DNA of 62,342 bases, filler included, from Babesia bigemina (GCF_000981445.1; 14 parts of 14 records of this genome joined end to end with filler, not necessarily neighbours in it); one strand, 5' to 3'; positions 1 through 13,000 are shown, numbered from the whole stretch's first letter. The notes: generated from the letters alone by a model not told the origin. Program-made: numbers and translations.

Positions 1-923
1 CTAAATGCGATAAAAACGATCATCATAAGAACGATGAGTCCTTTATGCTAAAAAGGTGCAACTGAAAGCTCCTATTAAACCCTAGACCCATTGCGGCACA
101 TGATACCTACATTAAGGCCTATACCGGATCAACCTTGATCTTGCCACCCATACCCTGACACTCAACGTCATGCTTAAATACTGCGTTGCAACGCGAATAT
201 TAGCGCCTCAGTCTTCCACCGAAGAATCCTAAATAACTAAAGCGGACTAAGCGGGACCTCGTTCAAGTTTTCAAGAGATGCTTGCCGACATCTAATGACT
301 ATATGCGCGACTACATAAATGTTAGCTACTCCCTCTGACGGTTGCGAGGTGTGCATGCCGATATGTTCGTTAAACAGCTACACGGAATGTGCATCCTGAG
401 ATTCTAGCTTAGAACAAAGTAGAGGCAACTCCTGCAGACACTTAAGCGCGTGGACCTCGTTGCGACATTTATTTGAACGCAAATCCGACTCCGTGGATAT
501 CGAGGCAAGGACGACGGTTGGAACACTGTCGCAGACACATTCGGCAGCGGACCACGTCACCAACGAGTCTATTGAAGAGTCCAAAACCAACAATTGCATT
601 GTAAAAATCGGATCGTGACCATGCCAAGACACCTTGACGGCAGTCCTGCGACGCAGGGGTGGATTGAGCCGCCCACTGGAGTGGTCAGAAGAGGCACCAT
701 CAAGAGCACTACGAGGCAAGCATCAACGCGCATATACATTATGCAAAATGGGCTAATGTATTAAATTGAAGATTCGAAAGTCAGTAACGCTTGATGGCTG
801 GTCTGACACCATAGAGCAATTGCTTATGTCGTTCCTTGACCGGAGAGATTTGCTTGCTCGAGAAGTCAGACGCCTCCCATAACATTAAACCCTAATATAC
901 TACTACATGGATCTCGGACTGCT

Positions 924-1475
924 TTAAAACGTGGCCAAGGCGGTGGCAAAAAGGGCTACCGTTGATACCACAGCGGCGAAACCGGAGACAATCTTCTTGT
1001 CGTACTCACTTACGTACTTCAGCAATGCGACCTTGCCAACTACAGTAGCTTTGTACTTAGAAATGTCGTAGATTGCGTCAATGTGAGCCTTAAGTGCCGC
1101 AAAGTATAAAGCAATCGACTCGTTGGACTCTCTGATGACGGCTGCGACCTCCGCCGTGTTGTCGGTCTTGCCCTTAAGATCCAAGGCTTTTTTAGCAGCG
1201 TCAACCTTCACTCTGGCTGCACTGAACAACTTCACGGCACTTTCGAAACTATCAATCTTGCCCTTGCTGGCGCTAAGGCCAACATCCTTAGTGTAGGCGT
1301 CCTCCGCCTTCAGCTTACTAACTTCGGCCTTCAGGTGATCATCCGCGCTGTCGATGGCCTTAACCCACTCTTCGGGTGTGGAGTCGTCCAACTTGGCTTG
1401 GGCTACGCAGACACTTGCGAAGTTGACGGTGGCAAATCCTACCAAGAGGAGAACAACCTTCTTAAATGCGTTCAT
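924..1475 (-). CDS. Small secreted, probably GPI-anchored surface protein (183 aa)
   Basis: ATG-initiated intronless ORF. It has an N-terminal signal-like segment (MNAFKKVVLLLVGFATVNFASVCVA), an Ala/Lys-rich helical body and a terminal hydrophobic stretch (SGFAAVVSTVALFATALATF) with no cytoplasmic tail. Confidence 0.75.
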   Translation of the reverse strand: MNAFKKVVLLLVGFATVNFASVCVAQAKLDDSTPEEWVKAIDSADDHLKAEVSKLKAEDAYTKDVGLSASKGKIDSFESAVKLFSAARVKVDAAKKALDLKGKTDNTAEVAAVIRESNESIALYFAALKAHIDAIYDISKYKATVVGKVALLKYVSEYDKKIVSGFAAVVSTVALFATALATF

Positions 1476-1659
1476 TGTGATTGATATATACGAGTATGTA
1501 AAAGTTCGGCGTCTTATGCTTAACGACTTTGTCGACTTTAAAGATGTATAAAGTGTTGAGTGACAATGTATGATGACAAGTGCAGAGACTGCGTAGGGTT
1601 AGACAGATTCGAGACGGACCACCACAAGCGCAGGATTACGCCTCATGTGTACTTCTGAG

Positions 1660-2069
1660 TCACACTTGTGTACGCGGCGGACACGCGCGTTTCAAGTTGC
1701 GATGTATATGCTTAATAAGTGAGGATATTGACCGTATTTCTGTTGGGTAAGTGCGTAGTAATCGGTTACCTGTGGATCGGTGTCTTTGGGTGCCCGCACA
1801 GGGTCCGCACTCCGGAGGCGCACCTCGCGCACCAAGATTCGGCTGGCGCTCAGATACGCGTACAGTTTCCGCAACATGGACTTTTTCAACTAACTGAGAC
1901 GCCAATGAGTGCGTGTCTTGATGCCCTATTCACCATCTTGGCCATCGCAAAAATGTGGATCTTTCCCAATCGGTCCTGCAGCAGGTACGCAACGTTCTCA
2001 TCTTTTTTTCCGCGTCATAAAATACAGCACTACTGCGAACCTTGTCTGTCGGATATACTATATCCCCTC
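1660..2069 (-). CDS. 3' part of an intron-containing hypothetical gene (truncated by contig end)
   Basis: Reading frames can be joined through short GT-AG introns (GTGAAT...CTCAG, 40 nt; GTAACC...AACAG, 30 nt). No product recognised. Confidence 0.3.
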
Positions 2070-2169
2070 NNNNNNNNNNNNNNNNNNNNNNNNNNNNNNN
2101 NNNNNNNNNNNNNTTAATTAATTAANNNNNNNNNNNNNNNNNNNNNNNNNNNNNNNNNNNNNNNNNNNN
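2070..2169. other. Artificial contig linker (N44-TTAATTAATTAA-N44). Also at 5350, 7619, 9836, 11996, 13950, 16251, 18882, 30142, 41751, 53944, 56161 and 60009
   Basis: Identical 100-bp spacer with stops in all six frames, present 13 times. Confidence 0.99.
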
Positions 2170-4185
2170 GGTTTAGAGCTTAAAGGGGTTTCCCAAACCA
2201 TTGCGGACCCAATGTGTTGGAAAACAATTTGTTGGGCAAAAAAAATTCGGCGCTTTTAATAAACAGGGGGGTTTCCCTTTGGGGAGACAACGTTCCTGCC
2301 TTGGGGGGGAACGGGCGATTTTGAGGGAGTCCGAATTTCTCCCTAAAGTTAAGTGCACACTTTTTCTTGTGGAAATCGGGCAGGGAGTCCAATTTAGGGT
2401 TCTTTGCTTTCGAAAGGCCCGGGCGAAGTCTCATCATATACCCCAGTACTCCCCTTCTTTTCCTGGTCTGGAAGGCGATTTGATCCCAATGACGTTGACT
2501 ACGAGCGCAAGTTCACAGCTAATTTTAGTCAGATGCACGGTCTTCAGACCCTGCGACGACATCTCGTGTACGGGTTGGGAGCTGTCGCGCGTCTCCTTGG
2601 CACGTGGACTGTAGGCCGACCGTAGCATGGCTAAGGAACTCCCGTGTGGACCGAAAACGGTCTCACATTGCCAGCACCCGGAGACAGGGCCTCCGCCCGC
2701 AACCCTCGGACCTCCCCGTAGCAGACCTCATGCAAGAGGCGACATGGATTCCTGCGAACGCCCGATCTATCTCGTATCGGAGAAAGAGACAAAACATACA
2801 CGGGCTAGTAATGCACGTGCGATCGCTGTAGAAGGCCGACAGAATCAGCGTCAGTTGTCCGCCACGAAGTGCGCGGGTGTGCCGCCCAAACGAGCTTGAG
2901 GTATACTCTCGGCACGTCGAGTTCGAGACTCGACAACTGAACGCTTTTCAGGCCAGCGAAAAAAGCTGCGTGGAGTAATGTCTTGTGCAGAGGCGTTCAC
3001 GATGGAGATCTGCGATCGGTCATGGACGAACACCACGTCACCACACGGGTGAGAAAGGGGCAGATCTAAGGCGAATAGTACAAAACTCTACGCGGTTTTT
3101 GTAAAAATATATTAGCCATGCAGTTGGCAACTGCGCAATCTGCAGTTCTACGACGTTTCTGCAATTTTCGAGCAGTGCTGAGGAGCCGCATACGGTGCCT
3201 CCTTCAGCGAGACAAGCGCGCATACGGCACCAAGCCGAACCGTACATAATTGCATCCTTGCGCTGCGGCTCCAGGTCACGGCTACCTGCGTGTCTGAATC
3301 GCGATATGGGTGTGTGATATGGCGATGGCATCGGTACCCGGGTGCCGCTTTGCTGCTATCTGATTAGTAGACTTTATCTATTCGAATAGCAGCGAACATG
3401 CACAGTACGACAGACGTGTCGATATTTTTTTGCGCTCAGATGACGCAGCAACTTGGGCAGCATGAGCCGGGATGAGCCTAAATTTTCCGTGATATTGCTA
3501 AATGGCAATCGCAAACGTTATTCACGTGCACTGTTCGACTAATATTTGCGAGCTGCGGACGGCGTAAGAATTGCCGCGCGGCGCGCCCATGTCTCGTGGC
3601 GGTAGCTCTCGCGGTTGTTGTTAAGCTGCCCGCTAAGCGTTAAGGCTCTTCTTTACATTATATGTATTTTTATGTTTTGAACGTTTTGTCGAATTTGTAG
3701 AAGTGATTCTTGTGTCGTGTGTTACATCGGCGATATACTCGGCGGCAATGCATTGATCCGCTAATAAAGGGCTTTAGCAGGCTGTCTGCCGGTATCTATG
3801 GGTATACTTTTACACATCAGGTTGATTTAACACGATCTTTGCTGTCTGATGTCGTTGAAAAATGCTACGGCCCATGGAAGTCTCCCATTGTTCGGAGACG
3901 CCATGGCGCACTGTGAATCAAAAAAGACTCGTTACCGGTATCAAACGACGTATATTTCCGTCTTAATACCTCCCCCATGAAGTACACGGGTACCCGAGGT
4001 CTCTGTTCTGTCTTGCCGGATCTGCAACGCCAAGTTGTCGCGACGGAGACACGTCGTAAGGTCTCCATGCCATACTATAAATATAGCGGGGTTATAACCT
4101 ATACCTATCACTTGCGCAATCTTCAGGACTTCAAAGTCAAACAATCACTTAGGGTGCATTTCAATTACGTTTGAAATCATTGACA

Positions 4186-5349
4186 ATGAGAGAGGTTATT
4201 GCTGTTCACGTCGGCCAAGCCGGTGTCCAAGTCGGAAACGCAGTCTGGTAAGTACACTTCCATATCGGTACAATCGAAGTGTTTTGTGAGTAGAATCTTA
4301 TTGGCGAGCTATTTAACGCCCAGATTGCTGTCTTGTGAAGTAGGAATGGCATTATTAATACATTAACTGTCAACGATTCGCGGGATATAATGCTTTCTCA
4401 GGGAGTTATTTTGCATCGAGCATGGAATAGCACCTGATGGAACCACGGAAAATAAGGAAGCCAGCGGATCCGGTGACGAAGACAAGGCTTTCCACGCCTT
4501 TTTCGCAGAGACCGCTTCCGGCAAACATGTAGGTTGTCATGATGTGACTACGTATGGGATGGCGAAGTTATCTTTCATGCCGCAATGTTGGTGTGGTAGA
4601 ACATAGTTCGATATGCTGCAGTCATATGTTGATTTTTGGAGTGTTGTGAATTGAATGTGATGATTATATTAATGGTTTTGCGCTTTGGCGAAATGTGTTC
4701 GATTGCATTTCTTGATTGGTTTTAACACGGGCGCAGGTACCTAGGTGCTTATTTGTCGACCTTGAGCCCTCGGTTGTGGACGAAGTGCGCAGGGGCGCCT
4801 ACAGTGGCCTGTTCCACCCTGAGCAGTTGATGTCCGGCAAAGAAGATGCAGCCAACAACTTCGCCCGCGGAAAGTACACCACTGGCAGCGAAATCATGAA
4901 CCCCGCTATGGACCGCATTCGCAAGTTGAGTGACGCTTGTGACAGCATCCAAGGTTTCCTCTTCTTCTCGGCCGTCGGCGGTGGTACGGGGTTCCGGTAC
5001 CGGCAGCCTGCTGTTGGAGAACGTCGGAACCGAATACGAACGCAAGACCAAGCTGAACTTCTGCATATGGCCATCTCCCCAGTGTCTACCCGCGGTTGGT
5101 GAGCCCTACAACTCAGTCTTGTCCACTCACTCCTTGCTGGAGAACCGGAACTTCGCCGTGTCCTCGACAACAAGGCCTCTACTCCATCTGCAAGAAGACC
5201 TCGACTTGGCCGCCCATCTACAGACCTCAACCGCTCATGGCCCAGTTATCTCCTCCTGAAAACTCCTTGCTTTCAAGGGCCTCGAAAGTTGACTGACAAA
5301 TCCAAACAACTGGGCCACCCCAGGATCATTTTAGGTCTGTTAACCCCCT
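4186..5349 (+). CDS. Alpha-tubulin (divergent), 5' part. Exons 4186-4247, 4402-4528 and 4737 to contig end; low-quality frameshifts after ~4990
   Basis: Spliced translation [34 protein letters not shown]...[21 protein letters not shown]...[11 protein letters not shown]...GGGTG. Introns are canonical (GTAAGT..CAG and GTAGGT..CAG). Confidence 0.93.
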
Positions 5350-5561
5350 NNNNNNNNNNNNNNNNNNNNNNNNNNNNNNNNNNNNNNNNNNNNTTAATTA
5401 ATTAANNNNNNNNNNNNNNNNNNNNNNNNNNNNNNNNNNNNNNNNNNNNTTACACATCACATACAACGATAAATGAGTGATTCAAAACATTAGACAACAA
5501 TTAGTTGTATAGGTGAGTAGGTGATGCTAGGTGAGTGTAGACAGTAAACACGTGAGTACGA

Positions 5562-7618
5562 TTATGGTTGCAGGTAAAACACCCTGTTAAGCTTGCTAAC
5601 GCGTGCTTCGGCGAGTAGTGATTGAGCAGCAATCCTATGACTTGAGGGTGAGTGTAAGTGAGATTTGATGTGGAGCAGGTCGAGGCGGGTGACCATGATG
5701 TGGATGAGGTAGAGGAGAGAGAGGAGCCAGAGGGCGACGTTGAGCCAGATGAAGGGGGCGCGGATGGTGAATAGAAATTCTGGAATTGTTCTATGCACAA
5801 GGTTGTAGAGCACGCTTCCTTGTTTGACAACATTCCCTAATGTCTTGCAAAATTCAACGCACGTCCTTTTGGTGTTGATACGCTTGGCTCCATTTAGCGA
5901 TTCTGCGTCGTTGAATATAAAGCCATACTTGTACAATATGGGTAGCGTCGACTGGCAGCTAACAACAGAAATGCAGGCGTGATCGTGACTCGGGTCGGCA
6001 CTTCTTTTTTTTATCTGTTGCCTTTCACAGCCCTTTGCGCAGCTCTGCGTACTGCATCTAGTCCCCGGTTTGCCACACTTGCTATTGCACTCCTCAAACA
6101 ATTGCTGAAGCACATTATAGAATGATTCTGTCAGATACAGGACGGATGACAGATACCGATCGGCGTGCTTCACGGTGAACGTTGTGCTGACTTCGGAGCA
6201 TATAGGCTTCATGTAAGGACCACAGACGTGAGATGAGTTGGAACTCGGATTACAGCTTAACAGGGAGTAGAGAGCACCATCAGCATGCTTACCGAATTTG
6301 TGGCTTGTAGTTCCAAACATGGGCGCGATTTCCAGCTGGGTACTGGGATTTTCAAAATTTGCAGCAATGACGGCACTGTTGAACGCCTCTTCTCTGTGCG
6401 TTATACGTGATTTAAATCTCTGATCATTCCAGTCGACAAGCAAACATTGGAAGAATGCGAACATCTGATCAAATGTTTTGGGAGCACTGGGCAGCACACA
6501 ACGGAGCATAGAGCACAGGGCAGTGAGGGGAGATGACGCAGTGCCGCAGAACGCAGCAAGCACATCTCTAATATGCCTGCCAGTGTACCTGTGCGATGCC
6601 ACGGTTGATATATCATTGAAGCCCATGGGCGTTGTACATGGCCCGTCGGTATGGCTTTTGACCGGGCAGTTGAGTTTGCCGGAGTTCCCATCTAGGTTAT
6701 GCGGTAGGAAGCCCCGTAACCCGTCCTCTAAGTAAGATTGTAGAGGTGATTTTACGCCGCACCTTGGGTGCCTTTTGCATTTCTCGGCGCTGTTGCAATC
6801 GCCGCAGCTTAGGTCATTGCACCGCCAACCCGAGCCACCGACGCCTTGACCATATTCGCACTCACGCCAGCCACTCATCGAAGTTGAACGTTTGCACTGA
6901 TCTAACAGGAAATACAGTTGGTTGTACAGGCGGTTTACGATTTCGCATAGCATACACACTAAGGTGTCCATGTTGGTGGGATACTGGAAGCCTTGCGGGT
7001 TGGTGTTGAAGTCGCAGGCGTAAATCCCGTCACCGTGACCGTGACCCAGCAACGCGATCAGAACAATTTCGGAATAGGTGCACACTTCAGGAAGGATGTC
7101 GGTTAACATTGACGGTGTGATTGCTTTTGGATAGGCATCTAAGGAACCTTCCGCCTCAACACGGAGAGGGACGTCGCTGTCCAGGTTATCATCATTTTCC
7201 GTTACGACAGTGACAGCCTTTTGGTCATCGCCTGGTGCGGGTACCTTTTCAGGCTTCTTGAATAGCTTATCGAAACCATGAAGTGTCAATTCTTGGTGCA
7301 CGGTACTATACGTTAGTCCGGCAAGCCAGCACAGCATATCGTAGATGGAGGACGGGTGCTTCCTCGACGTGGTGGTGGAAAGGTGGCAGACTTGGTAGTA
7401 AAGGTGGAGGTAGTCGAATAGATCCTTAAGTAATCCGGAGTGATCCTGCGACGATCGCTTATCAAATACAGGAAATGGAGCAACAAGCAGCTCCAAGAGG
7501 TTATGGCTCCTACACTCCCCATGGTTACGCAATTCACCGTCCTGCTTCAAAGAGTCAGTGGCAACATCGTAACCATTCGACTTGAAGAAATCACCGAGCG
7601 GATTCTTTTTGTCGCTGG
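5562..7618 (-). CDS. ves1: VESA1-family variant erythrocyte surface antigen, C-terminal part (tail type A, ...VFYLQP)
   Basis: 662-aa ORF with a Cys-rich domain, the TM segment IRAPFIWLNVALWLLSLLYL and the tail RLDLLHIKSHLHSPSSH shared with other copies. Confidence 0.85.
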
Positions 7619-7719
7619 NNNNNNNNNNNNNNNNNNNNNNNNNNNNNNNNNNNNNNNNNNNNTTAATTAATTAANNNNNNNNNNNNNNNNNNNNNNNNNN
7701 NNNNNNNNNNNNNNNNNNT

Positions 7720-9783
7720 AACCTAAAGAACGGTGTTTTCACCAGTACCCCGACTGACAATAGATATAATCTCAACCTTGCAGTGCAATACGCTTTGGCG
7801 GCTCTAACCTCTACCGCCAGGCAAACTGCCAATGCGCTTGAATCGCTTACGTCTACCAAAGACAAGACCATACGTACGATTACGAAGTTTAATCTCAACT
7901 TCACTTTGGAGGAAGCTATTAAAGATGCACAGAAAATTAAGGATGTACTTGGAAATGATAGGGGAGACGGCGTTCAGATAGGCGATAAGCTTACCAAAGC
8001 ATTAGAGGAATCAAAAATGGAAATTGACAAGCTCCATAACAATCTGAGCACTGCGCTTACATCCTTCTCCGCCATTTCGTCCGCCAAACTTGTTGCTCTT
8101 GACGACAGCGTTGAGAGGAGGGTGGAAAGCATACTGACCGAATACATTGGCTCTGATGATGATATCAAATTTGATACTATCATGACAAATTACAAACATA
8201 ACACGACGGAGAACAGCAGCCTTCAGAGAGACATCACTGCCATACAGACTGAAATAGGTAAAACGTTTATTTCAGGCACTGATATGCTTGACACTCAAAA
8301 ACTTGGGGACTACGGTACAGACCAAACATTGCGTGATGAATCCATTGCTCATCTGCAGCAGACAATTTCCCACTTAGAAAATCTCCCCCAACATGTTGCC
8401 GAAGCAAAGGTGGAAGCAGTTGAAAAAATGGAAGAGTTGAGGAAAGAAATTCGAATCATTAAGAACATGATACGAAATTCTGTTGAGGAAGCCATCAATA
8501 CTGCCTCCACGCAGTTGGATGATGCAATGCAGGCACTCCGTGTTACCGTCAAAGATGCCCATGAAGGCTGTCAAACTGCACTTCAATCTCTCCAAACCAA
8601 AATGTTGGAACACGCAAGAGCATCCTTCCTAACAGTTACCAACCAAGTGCAGACTCTATTCGCGGATACCCATTTCGCAGATTTGTTAGCTCTCAAAACT
8701 CTCGTTGTAGAGCAAATTGCAGCAATCGAAAACATCATAAAGCGCGGCCTAAAAACCGGTTTAAAAGGTTTCTTAAAAGTCATGTACGGCAAGGATGAAA
8801 CGGGTGGTCAACTCGGTGCCCTAGTTAAAGAGCTGAACGCTAATCAAAATGTTGAGTTATCATCACTAAAATTAAGGGATTATCTGGACTATATATTACA
8901 ATTCATATATTTCCAAATTTTAAATCAGAGAGATCCCCCCAAGCCCACCGTCGGTGGAGACCATGCTGAAGACGTTAAGAAAGTCCAAGAAAATTTAGAT
9001 GAAATACTTGTGCATCTTGCCAGAGATAAGAAGCTTAAAATATATAATTACGATAATAAATTCGTCTCTTTACTCTCCCACCTCTCCACCTCCCTCCACT
9101 CCCTATCCCCCTCCGCCTTCGCCAACCCCCGGCACCCGGAGCTGCTCGATGCGGTCAAAAAGGGGCTGCAGGGGTTTGTCGAGCAGATGGAGCGGGTGTA
9201 TGTGAACGGGTATGATGATGGAAAACCTATTAATTGGGATACATTTAAGCTTGTTAGACCAAAAATTGACGCCAAAAAATCTGATGGAGATTCTGGCTCA
9301 AACGAGGAGTTGACGGATGACGGTAGGAGGTTGTCCAAGATCTTCCTCACGCTTTTTAATATCATTCACGAAGACATTTCGATGTTAAAATATGAATGTG
9401 AAGATGAGTGGAGCAACAAAAAACTTTGTGAAACTGAGGGAGGCGAGGATAACCCGCTTGGTTCATACCTTCGGCGTTGCGGTTATGCAGTAGCGAAAAC
9501 GGAGAACTCTAAGGACGGTGAATCGCAATGTATAACTAGCATGACCGGCAAAAAGGTTCTTGGCAAGCTCAACGAAGAAATAAAGACTCTCAACGTTGTT
9601 GATCATTTTAAGACGTGCGAGTCGAATGAAGCAGATAAGACAACGAAGCAGAAAAAAGCTGATAAATTTGACATTTTCGATATGCTTAAATGCTTCCCTC
9701 ATCACATTGACAAGTACTATGACGTCTGTCATATGGCCACATTAAATTCAACCAGAAAGCCGTGTAGCGTGTTCGAAATGTAG
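7720..9783 (+). CDS. ves1: VESA1-family gene, internal fragment
   Basis: Frame is open from the contig start. A coiled-coil region is followed by NPLGSYLRRCGY...YYDVCH...KPCSVFEM, homologous to the full-length copies. Confidence 0.85.
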   Translation, partial: NLKNGVFTSTPTDNRYNLNLAVQYALAALTSTARQTANALESLTSTKDKTIRTITKFNLNFTLEEAIKDAQKIKDVLGNDRGDGVQIGDKLTKALEESKMEIDKLHNNLSTALTSFSAISSAKLVALDDSVERRVESILTEYIGSDDDIKFDTIMTNYKHNTTENSSLQRDITAIQTEIGKTFISGTDMLDTQKLGDYGTDQTLRDESIAHLQQTISHLENLPQHVAEAKVEAVEKMEELRKEIRIIKNMIRNSVEEAINTASTQLDDAMQALRVTVKDAHEGCQTALQSLQTKMLEHARASFLTVTNQVQTLFADTHFADLLALKTLVVEQIAAIENIIKRGLKTGLKGFLKVMYGKDETGGQLGALVKELNANQNVELSSLKLRDYLDYILQFIYFQILNQRDPPKPTVGGDHAEDVKKVQENLDEILVHLARDKKLKIYNYDNKFVSLLSHLSTSLHSLSPSAFANPRHPELLDAVKKGLQGFVEQMERVYVNGYDDGKPINWDTFKLVRPKIDAKKSDGDSGSNEELTDDGRRLSKIFLTLFNIIHEDISMLKYECEDEWSNKKLCETEGGEDNPLGSYLRRCGYAVAKTENSKDGESQCITSMTGKKVLGKLNEEIKTLNVVDHFKTCESNEADKTTKQKKADKFDIFDMLKCFPHHIDKYYDVCHMATLNSTRKPCSVFEM

Positions 9784-9935
9784 TTTGGCTTCGGTCTACA
9801 CACATCAGCTAACAGACTGTTTATCACGACTCGTCNNNNNNNNNNNNNNNNNNNNNNNNNNNNNNNNNNNNNNNNNNNNTTAATTAATTAANNNNNNNNN
9901 NNNNNNNNNNNNNNNNNNNNNNNNNNNNNNNNNNN

Positions 9936-10490
9936 TGTTGCGATCGCGCTGCGTAATTTTGAGGGTCTAGGGGACAGTCGTCCATCGATCCCATATAAGG
10001 AGCTTGTTAGTAAGATGCACGACGAATGGTGACGTGGCGCACGATGGGTCACGCAGGCGGTGGATCGGATGGGCTGTCTTCCGGGAATTTGGAGGATTAC
10101 TCTCATGGTTTGCAGCAGAGCGGCATATACTGGGAAACCGGGCATCGCACATACGTTCCATTTTGGTGGCGCTGGGTTCAGAAGTTCACACCTAAGCTGA
10201 TAGATGACCAGCTTCGTGCGATAATTGGTCACGCGCAGCCCGTTGCGTACGAGCCATTTGTGTTTTACGGCAATTCGGCCTACTTCAGGAGTTATGTAGG
10301 AGATCCCGACGTGAGCACAGTTCACGCACTACGCCGTCGAACCAATTACTGCTTTCTTCCCACGGGAGGCAAGAGTTTAGCAGTGCTGGAGAGTGAGTTG
10401 CAGAAACGGGGTGATGCCCACCACGAACTCCGGGAAAAGGTATTCCACGAAGTGCTCCGGTCCGCCAAAGCGCTGGATATGTCCAAATGA
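9936..10490 (+). CDS. 3' end of a hypothetical protein gene, probably with one short intron near 10010-10056
   Basis: The upstream frame (VAIALRNFEGLGDSRPSIPYKELV) joins the 10026-10490 ORF in frame through GTAAGA...CGCAG. Confidence 0.55.
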
Positions 10491-10646
10491 GAGTTTCTTG
10501 TGGTCTGTGACGGGTCAGCAGAGCAAAGGTATCATCAATACGCTTTATTCGCGACTTTAAGTGAATTGTATGTAGCTCCTAATGCTCGATCGTGCTGTTT
10601 CTACCTTGCAGCGTTTATTTAACTTTCATTCACCGTCTCTAAAACC

Positions 10647-11738
10647 ATGGAGACACATATATGTACCACAGCCACACTACTTATCATGGTACATGTTGTG
10701 CTTATGCGATACACTTCGCAGGGGCACATGGCGCGGCGTCCGCTTTTCGTTTTATCCGCGTGGTGTGAATCTCAGAGAGCCAATGCAAGCGAAATCCCAT
10801 TTCGTTCGTCGGAGCGTGTTACTCATTGCGACGTCTGCCATAGAGGGCGTTTGTTGCGAATTGTTGCTGTCAAAGTCGATCCGCTGGAGGGCATGCCGGG
10901 ACTCGGCCTGGACGCTGGTTACGAGTCTGGCTACGAATCCGACAATGCGGACGCGGAGGAAGTCACTGAAGCTGACGTTGCAGACCTAATGAAGCTAATA
11001 CACGACGCGAAGCAGGGGAAACTTGGACCCATGTGGAAAAAGGAGATGATGGCTGCGGAGGAACTCTACTTACGCCGTCGTGCAGCGCTACGGGACCTTG
11101 GCGGAACAGCGGATTCAGATGAGAAACCCAACGTCTCGGAGCTCTTAAAAGAGCAAAATGATGTGCTCGATGAGCACCTAAACGCTATGTTCGACCTCTC
11201 CGAGCTGCGTCACCCTACCGAGGAGGAGGTCAGGCGCAACCTGGGTGAGATGCGGCCGGAGGATGAGGGATGGACACAAGATGACGCGGGACTCCAATCG
11301 ACGCAAGAAAGCCGCGACGCGCAATATATGAGAAGCCTCACGCAAGGCAAGCTTCGTCGGGAGGACCTTAGCAACCTAATCAGCGGATTCTACCGCCAGA
11401 AGGGCATTCTGAACGAGCCTGTAGTAGTCACCGCGCTACCCCCCTTTGAGGTTAGCTGGCGCCAACACAGCCGTTATTTCGACCTCTGGTTCCCGTGCAT
11501 ATCGCCCGAGGACAGAGAGGACGACTATGCCGTGACATTCATGCCGCGGGAGCTGACCATCACGTACAACGGCAAGGCTGTGTCTCGACCCTTGCGCGGC
11601 AAGGTCGACGTCGATGGCTGCTTTTGGTCAATACACGACATGGAGGGACGCGGGAACGTGGTCAGCGTCGTACTTCTCAAAAGCGCTCCCCGCTACTCCG
11701 GAACGTGGGAACACCTCTTCCGCGGCACACGTCCCTAA
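10647..11738 (+). CDS. CS-domain (p23/NudC-like) protein with N-terminal signal/transit-like leader, possibly apicoplast-targeted
   Basis: 363-aa ATG ORF with a hydrophobic N-terminus and a basic segment after it. The C-terminus (WRQ...LRGKVDVDGCFWSI...VVLLK...WEHLF) fits the CS-domain pattern. Confidence 0.7.
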   Translation: METHICTTATLLIMVHVVLMRYTSQGHMARRPLFVLSAWCESQRANASEIPFRSSERVTHCDVCHRGRLLRIVAVKVDPLEGMPGLGLDAGYESGYESDNADAEEVTEADVADLMKLIHDAKQGKLGPMWKKEMMAAEELYLRRRAALRDLGGTADSDEKPNVSELLKEQNDVLDEHLNAMFDLSELRHPTEEEVRRNLGEMRPEDEGWTQDDAGLQSTQESRDAQYMRSLTQGKLRREDLSNLISGFYRQKGILNEPVVVTALPPFEVSWRQHSRYFDLWFPCISPEDREDDYAVTFMPRELTITYNGKAVSRPLRGKVDVDGCFWSIHDMEGRGNVVSVVLLKSAPRYSGTWEHLFRGTRP

Positions 11739-12095
11739 CAGCCCCCAGGCTCACGTGACGACTACCCGTACAACTCACAGTATAATTTTATAATTAAGGC
11801 AGCGCCGACTGCTACACAATGGTGCTACCGATACTACAATACTTCATAGCGATAGCCGTAGATCTACAGGGATTTTCATGCGGCATTTGAGAATTGGCAC
11901 TGTATATGAACCGCTTCTGTGTTGATAATATCACATTCTGCCTATGACAACGGGAAAATGTTAGTATGATTTTAATTGATTACTGTCGTACTCTTNNNNN
12001 NNNNNNNNNNNNNNNNNNNNNNNNNNNNNNNNNNNNNNNTTAATTAATTAANNNNNNNNNNNNNNNNNNNNNNNNNNNNNNNNNNNNNNNNNNNN

Positions 12096-12957
<862 letters not shown>

Positions 12958-13000
12958 TCAATACTGACCATTTAAATCATACCTGACCTCCATAGCAGAA

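Noticed and set aside
2114..2125. Recurrent TTAATTAATTAA palindrome
   Set aside because: Artificial six-frame-stop linker inside N runs. Adjacency across linkers has no biological meaning.
2170..4150. Short ORFs upstream of tubulin, possibly a spliced minus-strand gene
   Set aside because: No recognisable product or consistent exon model, and the left end looks like low-quality read sequence.
4990..5349. Frameshifts suggesting a tubulin pseudogene (similarly the stop at 9781 in ves)
   Set aside because: Errors accumulate toward contig ends, as expected for single-read tails.
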